A DNA stretch of 63,957 nucleotides, filler included, from Guillardia theta CCMP2712 (Eukaryota; Protista; Cryptophyta): the NCBI RefSeq assembly GCF_000315625.1. It is 3 parts of 3 records of this genome, joined end to end, with 100 filler letters (N's around TTAATTAATTAA, not from the genome) between each part and the next. Parts side by side here need not be neighbours in the genome. Positions count along the whole stretch, not along the records: positions 1 to 31,459 come from NW_005434581.1; 2 more parts are not named here. One strand, written 5' to 3'. The notes below the pieces were generated by a model, which worked only from the letters and a program-made list of their open reading frames with translations, had not been told where the DNA came from and made no database searches. The translations under genes and the position numbers were made by a program. This document shows, piece by piece, positions 12,901 through 25,831 of the stretch (position 1 is the stretch's first letter; each line of letters begins with the position of its first letter).

Positions 12901-13388
12901 CATCTTGATTGAGTTTTCAGCTCTCGGCACAGTTCAGGCCTTATAAGGTCCGATGGCCCTGAAAACGCTTCAGACAAGGACGAGCGCAAGTCAGCAAGAG
13001 AACCTGTCATGTCCGGCCGGGCGAGGCGTGAGGTATCTCTGCTGAAGACATCTGCAAGGAGTTTGAATTCAGAGCACAACAAGTTCACATCTTCCCACGC
13101 CCTTGTACCACAACCCTCACGCAACAACGAGAGCAGTCTACTGTCTTGAAGTACCTCGTCCTCCTTCGTATCCTCTTGTGCTACTCTCTGCATCTCTGCT
13201 TGGCTGGGGCCCCGCTTGCAACCTGTTTGTCCGATGGCCGGCATCATCGCTGGTGAGGGGCAGCATGTTTTCAGGGCCCTTTTCCTGTGACCCTCTCCTC
13301 TCAAACCTGGCAACTCCAAAGGCTCTGAGAGCTGTCTTGGACGGGTCGATGTCTGCAGGAAGGCAAGTTGAGGAGGCGGGTCAAGCAT
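9950..13388 (-). CDS. Multi-exon coiled-coil protein with Trp-periodic, Sfi1-like repeats (boundaries approximate)
   Basis: ORF 11120..12130 has W at about 33-aa spacing and three near-identical 33-aa units. ORF 10861..11463 carries a coiled-coil exon (LQLLQQEKHDWEASRRHLQ...). Confidence 0.45.
11474..11757 (-). repeat. 99-nt coding tandem repeat, ~3 copies (RRAALGKAVGRIRGREEGRAFGAWAERTREEGW)
   Basis: Unit starts at 11474, 11573 and 11672; near-identical copies with no spacers. Confidence 0.9.
12620..12875. repeat. 21-nt minisatellite (AAGGAGTTTGACTTTGAAGAC) with a 96-nt higher-order duplication
   Basis: Monomers are directly visible; GAACCCGAGGACTATTGGC occurs at 12695 and 12791. Confidence 0.85.
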
Positions 13389-13964
13389 GTCGCTTGCTTT
13401 CTACCTTCACCGTCGTCTTCGTCACCATCGTCGTCGCTGGACTGCGTCGCTACCATGCAACGGGCGGTCAGCCTGTCAGCGCCTCGCCCATGGCGTGGGA
13501 CGCAGATCAACTCGTCGTCTGTTCACAACAGCAGCATCAGGTCCAACCATGCACTTCACAAGTCAGCGCCCACCTCCATCCATGTGGTGATACACGATTC
13601 TCCTGCTCCCCGAGGCTTCCGAGTAGGGGAACAGCTTGCCGATGTTGAACATGGTGCGGGGCCCAGCCCTTGAGGCACTGTTGACACCCTTGCAACTTTC
13701 TGTCCTTTGTGTCCTCCTCTTCTACCACATTTTACTCAGTGTTGACGTGTACTTTCGTCTGTGATGCACTCTGATAGTGGGCCCTCAGTAAGTCCCCAGA
13801 CAGGCTCTTCAAGAGCCCAGGCTGACCGTCTGTGAGCTGGCAGGAACAGGCTGACACAAGTCTCAGGCTAGGAGCCTGAGCCTGACTCCCGCCGCCTGCC
13901 GTCCCTGGGCTTGCCGCAGTGCCATAACGTTTCAAGTTTGTCTAGCGCGCTCTATATGCGGTCA

Positions 13965-14690
13965 ATTGACTCGGGGTGTTGATCGCCGGGTCACCTCTCA
14001 GTCACTTATCGTGAGACCGGCGGTAAGTTCCCGGCGGTCGGCTGCGGCCCGCCGACCGTACCGTAGTACCGTGAGAGTCCCATTGCCACGGTGCCACGGA
14101 CCGCCGGAGTACGGTGCCAGGCCGCTCAGGGCCCTGCGGAGGCCCCGGCGCCCAGCGGACTCGGGACTGATCAACTTGTACCTGCGGCAACCGTGACGGC
14201 GGGCGGCGTCGTACCGTACCTGTACGGTCGGACTTCGGCGAGCAATCGCCTCCGACTCTGAGCTCCGAGGCTCCCGGGGGCCCCGGAGTCCGAGCCTCGG
14301 AGTCCGAGTCCCGGCCCCCCCCGGGCCCGGTCACGGTACTAGTACTAGGCTAGCCTGGCCCTACTGACGGAGTGAAACTTTACGGTAGTACCGTACTACG
14401 GTACTCTGTCACAGTGCCAGACAGTGATTCCGCCGGCGCCGCGCCCGGCCGCCGAGCCCAGGCTGTCGGCCCTGCCCCCGCGGAGCCCGCAGTCACCGGG
14501 GCGGGCTGAGTCCGGCGCCGCGAGTCACAGTACTGTCCCGGATCTCGCAACGGACCGCCCGGGCCGCCTGTTGCCGCTGAGCGGCCGGTCCGCGTGTCCG
14601 TCGGATCGGACGGGCCCGGCGGGCGGGTGCCCGGCCGGTCAGCCAACATTCTGGATACTGTTCTAGACCGTGGCACCACTCGCCAGTGGT
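13965..14690. promoter_or_regulatory. CpG-rich intergenic island; similar islands at ~1780-2015, 5050-5460, 7040-7380, 9590-9900, 21185-21290
   Basis: Sharp local enrichment of CCGG/GGCC/GTAC/(G)ACTC/CTCAG words, with no credible ORF, located between genes. The regulatory role is inferred. Confidence 0.4.
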
Positions 14691-15791
14691 AGCGTTGTAA
14701 TTGTTTAATTAATATTGAGTAAAGAAGTGAGTAGTCACGGTGTACTTAGTTCGATTACGGTACCCATAGACCGTGCCACCCCTATCTTGACGCAATGAAA
14801 TAGGGGTGGGGTGGTTGGAAGTGAAATGGGGTGGCCCGTGGTGCCCGACGAACTGTAGCGGGCCTATCTGCTGTAATTGACTAAAAGTTCTAGTAGGGAG
14901 TCAAATGGTGGTTGGGGGTAGGGGGTGGACCCTCGTGCGCCTCATACTGTCCCATGGCAAAGGGTGGTACCATGTACGGTGGTACCCGGGCCAGGGAGTA
15001 GTACCGGTGTTTGAAATATTTATGTCAAGTACAATTGGAGTTGGGGGTGATGGGGGGGGTTGACATGCCGGGGTGGGGTGGATCGGATATCAGGGTGATT
15101 TCTGGGTAGGGGTAGTCACTGAGTGGGGATGGGGTAGCAAGGTACTGAGGGTGGGGTGGGGGTTTGTTTCAAGTGTGCATTGGCAGGAGGGGTGGGAAAG
15201 CTAAGCCTGATCCTGCCATGGCAAAGAGCGATGATGACAGGAGAGCAGAGGAGCGAAGAGAGGAGAGAGGGGAGGGGAGGGGAGAGTACAAGACAGGACA
15301 GAACATGAGAGAGGAGAAGAGAGGCGAGAGAGGAGAGGACAGAGAGGAGAGGACAGGAGAATGGAGAGGTTAGGAAAGAGGGAATAAAAGACGAGAGGAG
15401 GGAATGAGGAAGGGCGAGAAGGGCAGGAGGAGGTGGCAGAAGAGGGGGAAAGCATCAGAGGAGAAGCAATAAGATTGGAGCATGACTTGAGGAGGAGGCA
15501 ATCAGATTGAAGTAGGAAGGAAGCGACAGGGGAAGGGGATGGGAGGGAAAGAGGGCAAGAGGGAATTGACAAGTGAGAAAGCGTCAGACTAGGAGAAGAG
15601 AAAGCTTTCGAAAAGAAGTATTTGACAATCAGAGACGGTGCCATGAACCCTCAACGATGAGAATGACTGCGTTCACTGTATTGTTTGTTGAAGAAGCTAT
15701 TCCCTTCAACCGTGGAATCCCTGACCTTGACTCCGGTAGATGTCACCATGCAAGACAAGAAATGATCTTGAGGGGTCGCTGTGATCCCTGA

Positions 15792-16166
15792 ATGACGGCC
15801 ATGAGCGCGGTACCACAGATGCAGCAGGAGAAGCTGGATGCTAGTTGCCGTGACATGATGCTGATCCTGGAGGACGTGGTGCAGTTGTTCAAGTTGTTGC
15901 AGGGGAAGTCAAGCTCGTGCTCGTTTGTGAGCCTCTGCTCAGAAACCTTCACCAAGGTAGCCATGCTGCACCTGTGCGAGCCGGCGGATGCCAAGGGACA
16001 CGCCTCCGACACTCTCCTCTCGTTCCTCACCAACGACATCGCGCACTTGCTCGCAGCCTCGTCTGACCCGCCCGCCGTTAGTGAAGGGCCTGAAGGCGAG
16101 GGGAGGGAGGAAGAAAGGGAGGAAGAGGAAGAGGAAGAGGCGGGGGATGAAGAAAATGAGAGAGAG

Positions 16167-16208
<42 letters not shown>

Positions 16209-18970
16209 GAAGACGAGGGAGAGGAGGACGAGGAGGAGGACGAGGACGAGGACGAGGACGAGGAGGAAGAGGAGGAGGAAGAGGAAGAGGAAGAGGAAGA
16301 GGAGGGCAAGGATGGAATCGTAGAGAAAGAGAGCTCTCTGGTTCAGGGCGAGACGTGTATGAAGAAAAAGCAGACCCAATTGAAAGGCCAACAGGAGACC
16401 GTCCAGAAGGAGGAGGAGAACGAGGATGAAGATGACGATGACGATGACGACGATGAAGACGAAGACGGGGGCGAGGAGGTCGACGAGGACGAGGAGGAGG
16501 AGGAGGAGGAGGATGACGAGGAGGAGGATGACGAGGAGGAGGAGTTGGAGGAGGATGAAGGGAAGGGAAGGAAAAAAGCAGTTGAAGGGGACAACAGCAC
16601 GAGGCTGGACCAGCAAGGAGATGAAGGTGACCATGAGCTGGAGAATGAAAACACTCTGAGGGCAGCGACGGCTGCGGCGGAGGCAGCCAAGATGAGCATG
16701 GCGTTGATCGAGGAGTGCAACAAGGAGTTCACAGAGCTGCAGAAGCGCATGGAGAGCCTGGAGCAAGAGCTGGCGCAGAAGAACGAGCTGCTAGCAAGGC
16801 AGCAGGAGGAGATGATTCAGAAGAACAATGAACTTGCTAGACTGCGAGACAACAGCTCCTTCCACTTCGCTCGCACCCCGAGCAACAACCAGGTTGATGA
16901 TCTATTTGGTGGAACACTGGGACTGAGTCAACTTCAGTCCAGCCCCTCGGCAAAGTCCAGACTTGCTCTCAACACCGCCATCGAAGTCGCTCTTGTGCTT
17001 GTCCCCCTTCTCCCCTCGTCACGATCCCGTTGCAGGTCATCCCGTCCTCGGAGCTCAACCTCACTTTCCTGCCAGAGAACCTTCTTGGCACAGGAACGTA
17101 CTCAGGTGGGCTGGTTGTGACGTCCACAGCTCCGCCCCTGCTGATTCCGCGTCCGACCGCAGAGGTGTACAAGTCAACAAGGCAGGTGGCAATCAAGGCG
17201 TTCAAGGGAAGGTTCAGCCCGCAGAGATTCAGAGACTTCAAGCATGAGGCTGAGATGCTGCACCTGGTTCAGGGTGTCCCTGGTGAGACCACAGCTGGTT
17301 CCCTGCTGCCATCTCAGCTCCTCCTCCAGGGATCTGCAGGCTGCATGGGATCTGCATCGACTCGCTCCCCAACCTCTACCTCGTTACCGAAGTCATCCAG
17401 GGAGTCACCCTGGAGAGCTTGCTCGAGCAGTACTCCACCGTCGGCCTACCCTTTCTCCGCTCCCTGCATATCTCACGCAATATCGCGAGGTAACCCTCTT
17501 CTCCCTCTTCTCCCTCTTCTCCCTCTTCTCCCTCTTCTCCCTCTTCTCCCTCTTCTCCCTCTTCTCCCTCTTCTCCCTCTTCTCCCTCTTCTCCCTCTTC
17601 TCCCTCTTCTCCCTCTTCTCTCTCTGCTTCCTGGCTTCCTCGTGTGCCCTCTCTCCTCACCCGCCATGCTCGCAGCACGATGCAGCAGGTGCACAGCAAA
17701 GGTCTGATCCATCGCGACCTCAAGCCGAGCAACTGCATCATCCTCGACACCAGCCCGCCCTCCGTGAAGCTCGTGGACTTCGGGCTGGCCTGCACCGTTC
17801 ACGGCGAGTACATGACAGCAGGTTCACATACCTGCCTCTCGCCTGCCTCATAGCGTCTCTCCAGAGGAGCAGGACGGAGCCGGCACGCCAGCCTACCAGG
17901 CGCCTGAAGTGCTCAAGAAGGAGGCGTGCGGCCTCCCCTCCGGTCTTCCGACGGCCCTGTAGGCTCCGCTGACGATGCAGCAGACGTCTACTCGTTCGGC
18001 ATCATCGTGTGGGAGCTGCTCAGTGGTCGGATCCCCTACGAGGTGAGGCTGGTGACGTGGCGCTGGAGGAGAGGTTGACAGGCGAGACCTCAGGGGATCA
18101 GCCTGGAGGAGATGAAGTCTGCTGTCATCGCAGGTCCCGCAAGCCTCCTGCCCCTCCTCCTTGTCCTCCCTGGGTGATCTTGTTGAGCAGGGAAACGCCT
18201 GCCTGTCAGACCCACGTGGAACAGGGTGAGTGCAAGGAGAGCGATGCTGCCGCGAGGGAAGAGAAGGAGCAGGGAGCAGGGAGCAGGGAGCAGGGAGCAG
18301 GGAGTGGGGAGCAGGGAGCAGGGAGCAGGGAGCAGGGAGCAGGGAGCAGGGAGCAGGGAGCAGGGAGCAGGGAGCCGAGACCAGGGAGCAGGGAGCAGGG
18401 ACCCCCCCCCCAGGGAGCAGGGAGCAAGGAGCAAGGAGCAGGGAGCAAGGAGCAGGGACAGGGAGCAGGGAGCGGGAGCAGGGAGCGGGGAGCAGGGAGC
18501 AGGAGCAGGGAGCAGGGAGCAGGGAGCAGGGAGCAGGGAGCAGGGAGCAGGGAGCAGGGAGCAGGGAGCAGGGAGCAGGGAGCAGGGAGCAGGGAGCAGG
18601 GAGCAGGGAGCAGGGAGCAGGGAGCAGGGAGCAGGGAGCAGGGAGCAGGGAGCAGGAGGAGGGTATAGCGTTGACTTCAAAATCCCAGGACTTGGTGATG
18701 ATGATGATTTCCTGTTGGGAACCAGAAGGTCAGCGGAGACCGACGTTCTCTGCTCTCATAGCAAGGATCTCAGCGCTGATCGCTGAAGTTGTCAGTCCCA
18801 TGCTGCTCTGGTGGATGCAACCTGACTTGCTGGCAGGAACGAGCATCGGGGCGAACGCCGTCAACTGGTCGAGCTTGATGGATGCCTTGGTTCCTATGAC
18901 GATCATGGCAGGACACGTAGGGAGCACAACGAATGGCGGCGGGGTTTTGGGCAACATGGAGGAACTGTGA
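15792..18970 (+). CDS. Protein kinase (TKL-like) with acidic and coiled-coil N-terminus, many introns
   Basis: Kinase subdomains appear in order across exons: LGTGTYS/EVYK, VAIK, FKHEAEML, YLVTE, HRDLKPSNC, DFGLA, GTPAYQAPE, DVYSFGIIVWELL, CW...RPTF. The gene ends are approximate. Confidence 0.85.
17494..17620. repeat. Intronic (CCCTCTTCT)n 9-mer repeat
   Basis: Perfect 9-nt tandem array that starts right after a GT donor. Confidence 0.9.
18266..18656. repeat. Intronic (GGGAGCA)n 7-mer repeat
   Basis: Directly visible; lies between kinase exons. Confidence 0.9.
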
Positions 18971-19127
18971 GGAGGAGGCAGGAAGAAAGATCGAAGATAT
19001 GAACCGTGTGGTTGATTTGTAAATAGATATTCATTTGCAGATTTAACATGTTACAAGTTCCAGGGGCGAACGTAACTCATGGGGTTTAGCAAAAAATAAG
19101 ACATAAGGAGCGGGTGGCCCAGGATCC

Positions 19128-20872
19128 TTAGAAGGTATAGCGAGCAGCGTCGCTGTACTGGCAGCCTGAGCGCTGGATCACGACTCCGGCGGTGTAGTGA
19201 CCGCACTTGACCGAGTCCTGCCAAGGGTGTCAAAGTTGTCAAACGCTGAGCATGTCAGAATCACCTCAATGGACTTTCCGAGCATCAGCCCAGCAAAGAA
19301 GCCACCGCAGAAGGCGTCTCCTGTGAGGTAAGTGAGGGGCGGTCGATTGTGAGGGAAGACGAAGGAGGGCGAGGGGGAAGGCGAGGAGAGGAGGAGGAAC
19401 GAGAGAGAAGGAGCATGGCGTAGAGAAGGAAGAGGAGGAGAGGAAAACAGGCAGGAGAAAGGAGGGCAGAAGCTCTTACCAGCTCCGTTGGTGTCGACGA
19501 CTTTGTCCACCTTGGTGACGGGGTACTCAGTCGCTCCCTCGGGAGTAGCGACGATGGTGCACTCAGAGCCCTGGGTGATGACAACCATGCGGGGCTTGGA
19601 GGAGTTCTTCTTGGGCAACTTGGCAGCCTCGATCGCGATCTCCTTGACGGAGGTGGCGCTGAAGCCGAAGGCCTTGCCCATGGCGGCAGCCTCGGACTCG
19701 TTGCCGACGACGATGTCGAGGTACTCCCATGCCTCCTTGAAGGCGTTGAAGAAGGGAGGAACCTCGAAGAGGAAGGGAGCAGAGGTGTTCATGATCATGG
19801 TCTGATCAAACAGCACAGTCAGGTTCAACTAGGAGGAGGAGAAGAGGAGGAGAAGAGGAGAAGAGAAGAGGAGGAGGAAGTGGTGGTGGTGGTGGAAGAG
19901 GATCGGACCTTGTTGTTGTCATGAGCGTGCTTGGCCACGTGCATGATGGAGTCGGCGGAGTGAGTGAGCACGAAGCCGGCGATGTAGTACATCTGAGCAG
20001 CGGCGATGGCGTCCTGTACGGGCTTGCTCTGCGTCCACGCGATGGTGTACTTCTCAGCAGCAGCCAGGTTGGCCATGAGCGAGCGCTCTCCTCCAGACAC
20101 GAGCACAGCGCAGGTTCCCGTCGGAGTTCCCTCAGCCTCGTAGTAGAGGGTCGTGAGCCCATCAGCAGCTGCTGCCTCCTTGAGCTTCTCGCCAAACTTG
20201 TCCTTGCCGATGGAGCCAGCATACGTGACAGCTCCGGGCTGGTTGATCTGCCACTGGGCGACACGGGCGGTGTTCTGTGTGGCTCCACCAGCGATGTACT
20301 GCACCTTGTGGTTGTTCACGAGGTCGTCGAAGACTGGGATGTGCTTCTCCTCGCAGAGAATGGCGTTGTTAAGCTTGACCCCGTACTTGTCCAGGAAGGC
20401 CTGGTCGACATCTGGAGCAAGCATCAGCAGAGGCGGAGGTCGGGCTGCATCTAGAAATCTCCCTCTAACAGCACATCCTCTCTCTTGCTATCCTACTATG
20501 ATAGACGGATTTTCTTCCGCTCCCACCCACCCTCCCCTCCCCTCCCACTTTCAGGATCTTCGGTTCCGTGACATCAATTCCAAGAGATCCCAAGGCATTG
20601 CGAGCTATCAATCGAACTATTTCGAAGCTCGTGGGATCTAGTGCGCCGTGCACCATCCTCCCTATCCCTCAACTCCTCTCCTTATTCGAGCATCTGCTTC
20701 AACTCGAAACTGGTCGCGCCCCGTTCGTCGTATCCTCAACTTGTTCGTCCTCCTCCTCCCATGTATCCCTCTTGTCCCCTTCCGACTCTCCTCTCATCCT
20801 CTCCTCTCCTCCTCCTCTACCTGCGGAGATGTCGAGGAGGGGGTTTCCGATACAGAAGAGTTTCTTCGCCAT
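19128..20872 (-). CDS. ADK: Adenosine kinase (PfkB family), multi-exon
   Basis: Spliced translation reads MAKKLFCIGNPLLDISA|DVDQAFLDKYG..YIAGGATQNTARVAQW..PTGTCAVLV..ERSLMANLAAA|..NTSAPF..GNESEA..VITQG..VDTNGAG|DAFCGGF|..CGHYTAGVVIQRSGC, ending at a TAA at 19130-19128. Confidence 0.95.
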
Positions 20873-22217
20873 AGCGTCGCTACCTGAGCCTGCTCGGGTT
20901 TCCTTTTTCCCTAAGTCTCTTGAGACCACCCCCAACTCTTATATGTCAGTTCTAAATTTCTCCTTTGAAATATGTTATCAAATTTGAAAACTTTTCTATC
21001 TTATTGAAAAATAAAAGTATATTTGAATGTACCCTACCCCACAATTTCTACAGACTACCCCCCACGTGCAGCTCCACTAAAAATAACTTTTTCCTCGGTG
21101 TAAAGTCTGTGTTACATGGTGTGATCTCAATAACCCACCCCAAGTCCACCACAGTGGCGGAATGGTAGGGGTGGTGATGGCAGGCACTGAGTGGCCCGGC
21201 GGCCCGGCCCGGCCCGTGCCATGATAATCGAGCCCCGGGCCCGGCGTACGGGCCGCCGCCGTGAGTGGCAGGCGCCCGGTTGATGAACTTCCTAGTAGTG
21301 TTGTCCTCGTACTGATTTTAACTTAACTTTGAGTAAAACCTTGGGATCTTTGAACTTGGCAGCCCGATCATGGGGGGCTGAAGTCCCGGGGTCATGAGGC
21401 ACCACCGGTCCTGAGGACTACAATTTTGTAGGGGAAATAGGGGGTGATATAGGCATACGGCTACCACAAGAGGGTGGTATCACCCGCACCTCCGACCTAC
21501 AGTACCGGATGTACTAAAAGGTTTAGTCATCTCCGAGGCTTCGGACCCAGGGGCCCGTTACTCCTCGAGGTACCCCCGGAGTTACCGTACTGCCGGAAGT
21601 GAACATGGGTGGTATTATGACCCCCTATTCTTCCATCTGAACTATCTGAAATGATGGGGTCTGGGGTTGTCAATATTATGGATAGGGGGGTGGGGGTGGG
21701 GAAGGAGTACTGACGGTCGGGGTGGATGCCGCCTGAACCAGCGGGAGGAGAGGAGGGTCGGGCGAATGTTGGCATGGCGGCGGCGGGAGGAAGGAGGGAG
21801 AAGTGCAAGGAGAGGGAGGAGAGGAGGAGAGATGGAGGAAGGAGGAGGAAACGGTCGGGTTCGAAGAGAAGTGCTGGAGGAGAGGTTGGGTAAGGAGGGG
21901 AGTGAAGGGTCCGAGCCAGCTGGAATGAGGAGTTTTGTTTGCATGTAGAAGGCGATGAGAGGGAAGGAGAAGAGGAGGGGGGAGAGAAGAGGAGGGGAAA
22001 TGAAGCATGTGTGAGAATCTGATGAAGTGCAATCAAAGGTGAGAGGAAGAATGAAAAGTTTAGGGTTGCCAGAGCTAGTGAAATGTTGGGATGAGGGGAT
22101 GGTAGGAGAGGAGGGAGAGCAGGTTGGAAGATCATCACGAAACGACACTGAAAGTCTCACTGTCAGACGTGGCTTGACTTCTGATCCTTCACAGGCACAT
22201 TCACTTCTCTATCTGCC

Positions 22218-23925
22218 ATGCAAGCAGGGATAGGTGCGGACGGGGTTGCTGAGAAGGACACTGATTGGGCTGATTCAGGGATATACTTCAAGCACAGGGG
22301 AAATGGAAACTACTTCGTTGCCGACATCCTCCCTGGATCATCCGCAGCACAAGCCAGTCTGATCCGTAGGCTTGCATGGGAGGCGGCAACGGGTCGGTGA
22401 CCACTTGTTCCAGGAATCAACGACGAGCTTCTGCAAATCGACGATTACACCATCAGCCCCAACACGACGCTGGAGGATGTATCCCAGCTCCTCCTGCTCC
22501 CCCAGCCGCTCTCTGACGCTGCTGGTCAGATTCGAACGAGGATCCTCGGGAATCCGGACACTACCGTCCGCCTTGTCTTCCGGCGTCAAGACCAAGAGCG
22601 GAACGACTATGAAGGCGGGAACGGAGATCTGTACTTCTATAACGTGGAGCTGGTCAGAAAGTTGGATCGGAAGCAGATGGGAGACGAAATGGACCCGCAA
22701 GACTCGGAGGTAGCAGCCAGGGTCAGGATGTACGAGGAAGAGATCATCAGGCTACGGCGGGAGCTGTTGATCTTGCAGCAGTATGTTGGATCTTGTTGCA
22801 TCGGAGGCCTCCCGAGTCGGGGAGGGACTGACGTCTGCTGTGCTACAGAAAGACAGAGGAGAACCCTCGGAGCAAAGCCCTTGAGGCAGAGCTAAAGTCC
22901 AAAGTTGAAGACATGCGTGAGAGGAGGAGGTGGATAGCTCTTGATGGTCTCTTACCACCTGCTTGCAAGGTCGTTATGAGCAGATGCTGCTGCAGAGCCA
23001 GGAACACACGAGAATAGCAGAAGAGGAGGGGAAGGTGGCACGAACTTCCTGCTGGGCACGGAGCTGACGGCGTGCAGGATGTCCTCGACAAGCTCACCAG
23101 GCTCCAGCAGGACAACGAGCGACTGCAGGCCCGTGAGAAGGAGCGAGGGAGGGTGAGAAGGCCTGCTGGGGGGGGTCGAGAGGCTGACAGCTGGACTTGT
23201 GTTGGAAGGCGCTGGAGGAGCTGCAGCAGAAGAACAGCAGCCAGATGTCGATCCTGACGAGCTCGCGCCTTCAGCTGGAGCAGGCAAGGACGATTGCTTG
23301 TGCCCGGGGTCAGAGGATGGTCTGACAATGGAGCGCAGGCTGTGGCGAACGAGAGGCAGAAGCGAGCGAGTCTGGAGAAGGACCTTGGTTTCATCTATCA
23401 AGAGATCCAGAGGAGGCAGGCGGAGCTGTCCAAGAGGAGGGAGAGCAAGGCGAGATTGCTCGACGACCTGCGTCGGGGTCATCAGTCGCTGCAGGAGGTC
23501 CACAAGGTACTTCTCTGACGCTGCCTCCTCCTCCTCCTCCTCCTCCTCCTCCTCCTCCTCCTCCTCTGAGGTGCGCGTCAAGGTGCAGGAGGACCAGGTT
23601 GCGTCCCTTGCAGAGGTCATGTCTTCTCTGGACAAGGTGAGGGAGGGAGGAGAGGAAGACGAGGGAAGAGGAGGAGGATTACAGAAGGAGCGAGAAAGAG
23701 AGGGGAAGGGAAGGAGGAGAAGTAAAAAGGAGGAGGAGAGGAAGCTAAAGGAGGTTGTGACTGCTACGTCAGATCAACCTGGCAATCACTACCAAGATCG
23801 ACTCGTTTATCAACTCGTCGTCGGTTAGGAGGTATGAAGTGTCGTCGAGAGAGGCTTACACTTGATCGGGCGGAGAGGAGGAGCAGGAGAAGAACAAACA
23901 AAAGTCTCGTCCCGATAGTTGAGAA
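22218..23925 (+). CDS. PDZ-like domain + coiled-coil protein, multi-exon (ends uncertain)
   Basis: GIYFKHRGNGNYFVADILPGSSAAQASLIR|INDELLQIDD resembles a PDZ fold. Downstream exons are heptad-rich (YEEEIIRLRRELL; LTRLQQDNERLQ). Confidence 0.55.
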
Positions 23926-23973
23926 CAACAAGACGACGAGATGAGTTATAGATGATTTACATTCAAAACAAGA

Positions 23974-25799
23974 TCAGAATCCCGTCAACTTCTCCTCCTG
24001 CCCCTCCTGCCCCTCCTGCGCTTGCCCCGTCCTGCTCTTTCTCCTCCACCTCCCCCCCCCTCCCTCGCCAGTTCCGATACCGTTGCTGAAGTTGGCTTTG
24101 CTTCACGACCTTGTCCCTCACTCTTTCACACCTTCAACGAGCTGAAGTTGTAGATGTCCGGGAGGTCAAACCTGCAGTCCAGTGAGACCCTCCGCATCCT
24201 CCCTTCTGACTTACGTGTTGGGAATCTGAACGATCTCCTCCTCGTCTTCGTCCTCCTCCTCCCTCTCGCCGCCTCTCCTCTCCTCTGCTCGCGGGTCAGT
24301 CTGTGTACGGTCAAAGGTGGAGGTGCTTGCCTAGCTGGGGAGTATCGACATCCATCTTGTCCTTCCGCTCCTCCTTGGGCTGAGACTCGGAGCTGCTGCA
24401 ACGTTAAAGCAGAAAGACAAGGGAAGCAGGGGAGGAGAGGAAAGAAGGAGAGGAGAGGAGGAGATGAGAGAGGAGAGGAGAGGAGGGGAGAGGCAGGGGG
24501 AGGGAAGGGGAAACGGAGGAGGAGAGGATAGAGTTAGTTACCTTGATTGCTGGGGCATAACGGACATAAGGAAGGCATGAAGGAGTTTAGTCGGCTGAGG
24601 CAGAACTGTGTACAAGTGAGTCTCTGCAGCCAAAGAAAATCCTTCCTCCTTCTCTTCTCCCCCTCCCCCCTTACTCTTCCACCTCGTCGTCCTCGTCCTC
24701 ATCCTCCTCTATCCTCCTCTTCTACACTCTCACCATGCGCAGGAGCAGAGAGGATGTCGTGCGTTAGGGAGCTGTCCTCCTTCTTGCTGGCATCCAGTAG
24801 CCGCTGCTGCTTCCTCTGCTTCCTTCCCTTCTTCCCTGCTCCGAACGCCAGGCTGAACATGGAGGCTCGACCCGCCTCCTCCTCAACCATTATCTCTCTT
24901 TCCTTGTGCTCCTCCTCTCTCCCCTCGCCGTCCACCCTGTGGAAGCCGCCTCGTCCCGCTACCGTCAGCCACGCGTTGTCCCTCCCGCTCTCCGCGTCCC
25001 ACACGTAGGCGAGGAACGAGGAGCCATGGCCGTGAGGAGAGAACAGCTTCGAGGTCTTGGGAACCTTCCAGACCTGGGAGGGGACGGAGCTGCTGGCGTT
25101 GCAGCGGAGGATGAAGGAGACGTCGTCAGCCGCGACGGAGAAGGCGAACTCGGGCCGAGACGGGTGGGCGACAAGGCCGCAGGAAGAGACATCGAAGGCC
25201 CAGGACAGCGAGCAGGACAAGAGATTCCAGACCGCTACGGTGAAGCGGGAGGCGGCGACGAGGGAGGGGGAGGAAGGGAGGAAGAGGAGGGTCTCGATCG
25301 GCTCGGTGACGCTCGCATGCGACAACACCTTCTTGAGCTCCAGCGGCTCGCTGGTCCAGACGGTGACGTTGCAGTAGAAGGCGATGGCGAGGAGCGTGCC
25401 GTCGGGAGAGAAGCAGGAGGCCCTGAGAAGCATGTTTAAGTCCTCTCCTCTCCGCTCCGCTCCGCTCCTCCTCTCCTCTCCTCTCCTCTCCTCTCCTCTC
25501 CTCTCCTCTCCTCTCCTCTCCTCTCCTCTCCTCTCCCTGACCTGCATGGAACTTGTCGGTAACTCCCGACTGCCGTGCATTTCCACGTGCTAGTCGGCAG
25601 GGCCTCCCTCGCCTTCGCCTCCTTGCCGGACCTGCTGGGGGGCGCCATGCCCAGGTCCCTGCTGGAGAGCGTCCAGAGCTTGAAGTTGCCGTCGAAACCA
25701 GCACTGAGAGAGGAGAACTCAACGAAGAGAAGAGAGAGAGGAGAGGAGAGATAGAGCGACAGCGAGAGACAGAGAGAGACAGAGAGAGAAGGATACATG

Positions 25800-25831
<32 letters not shown>

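Noticed and set aside
18009-18786. Long GAGSREQ / APCSLLP repeat ORFs, and similar poly-S, -L, -H, -R ORFs elsewhere
   Set aside because: They are translations of stop-free microsatellites in introns or on the antisense strand.
20415-20820. Intronic snoRNA in the long first ADK intron
   Set aside because: The sequence is non-repetitive, but there is no convincing C/D or H/ACA box pair at plausible spacing.
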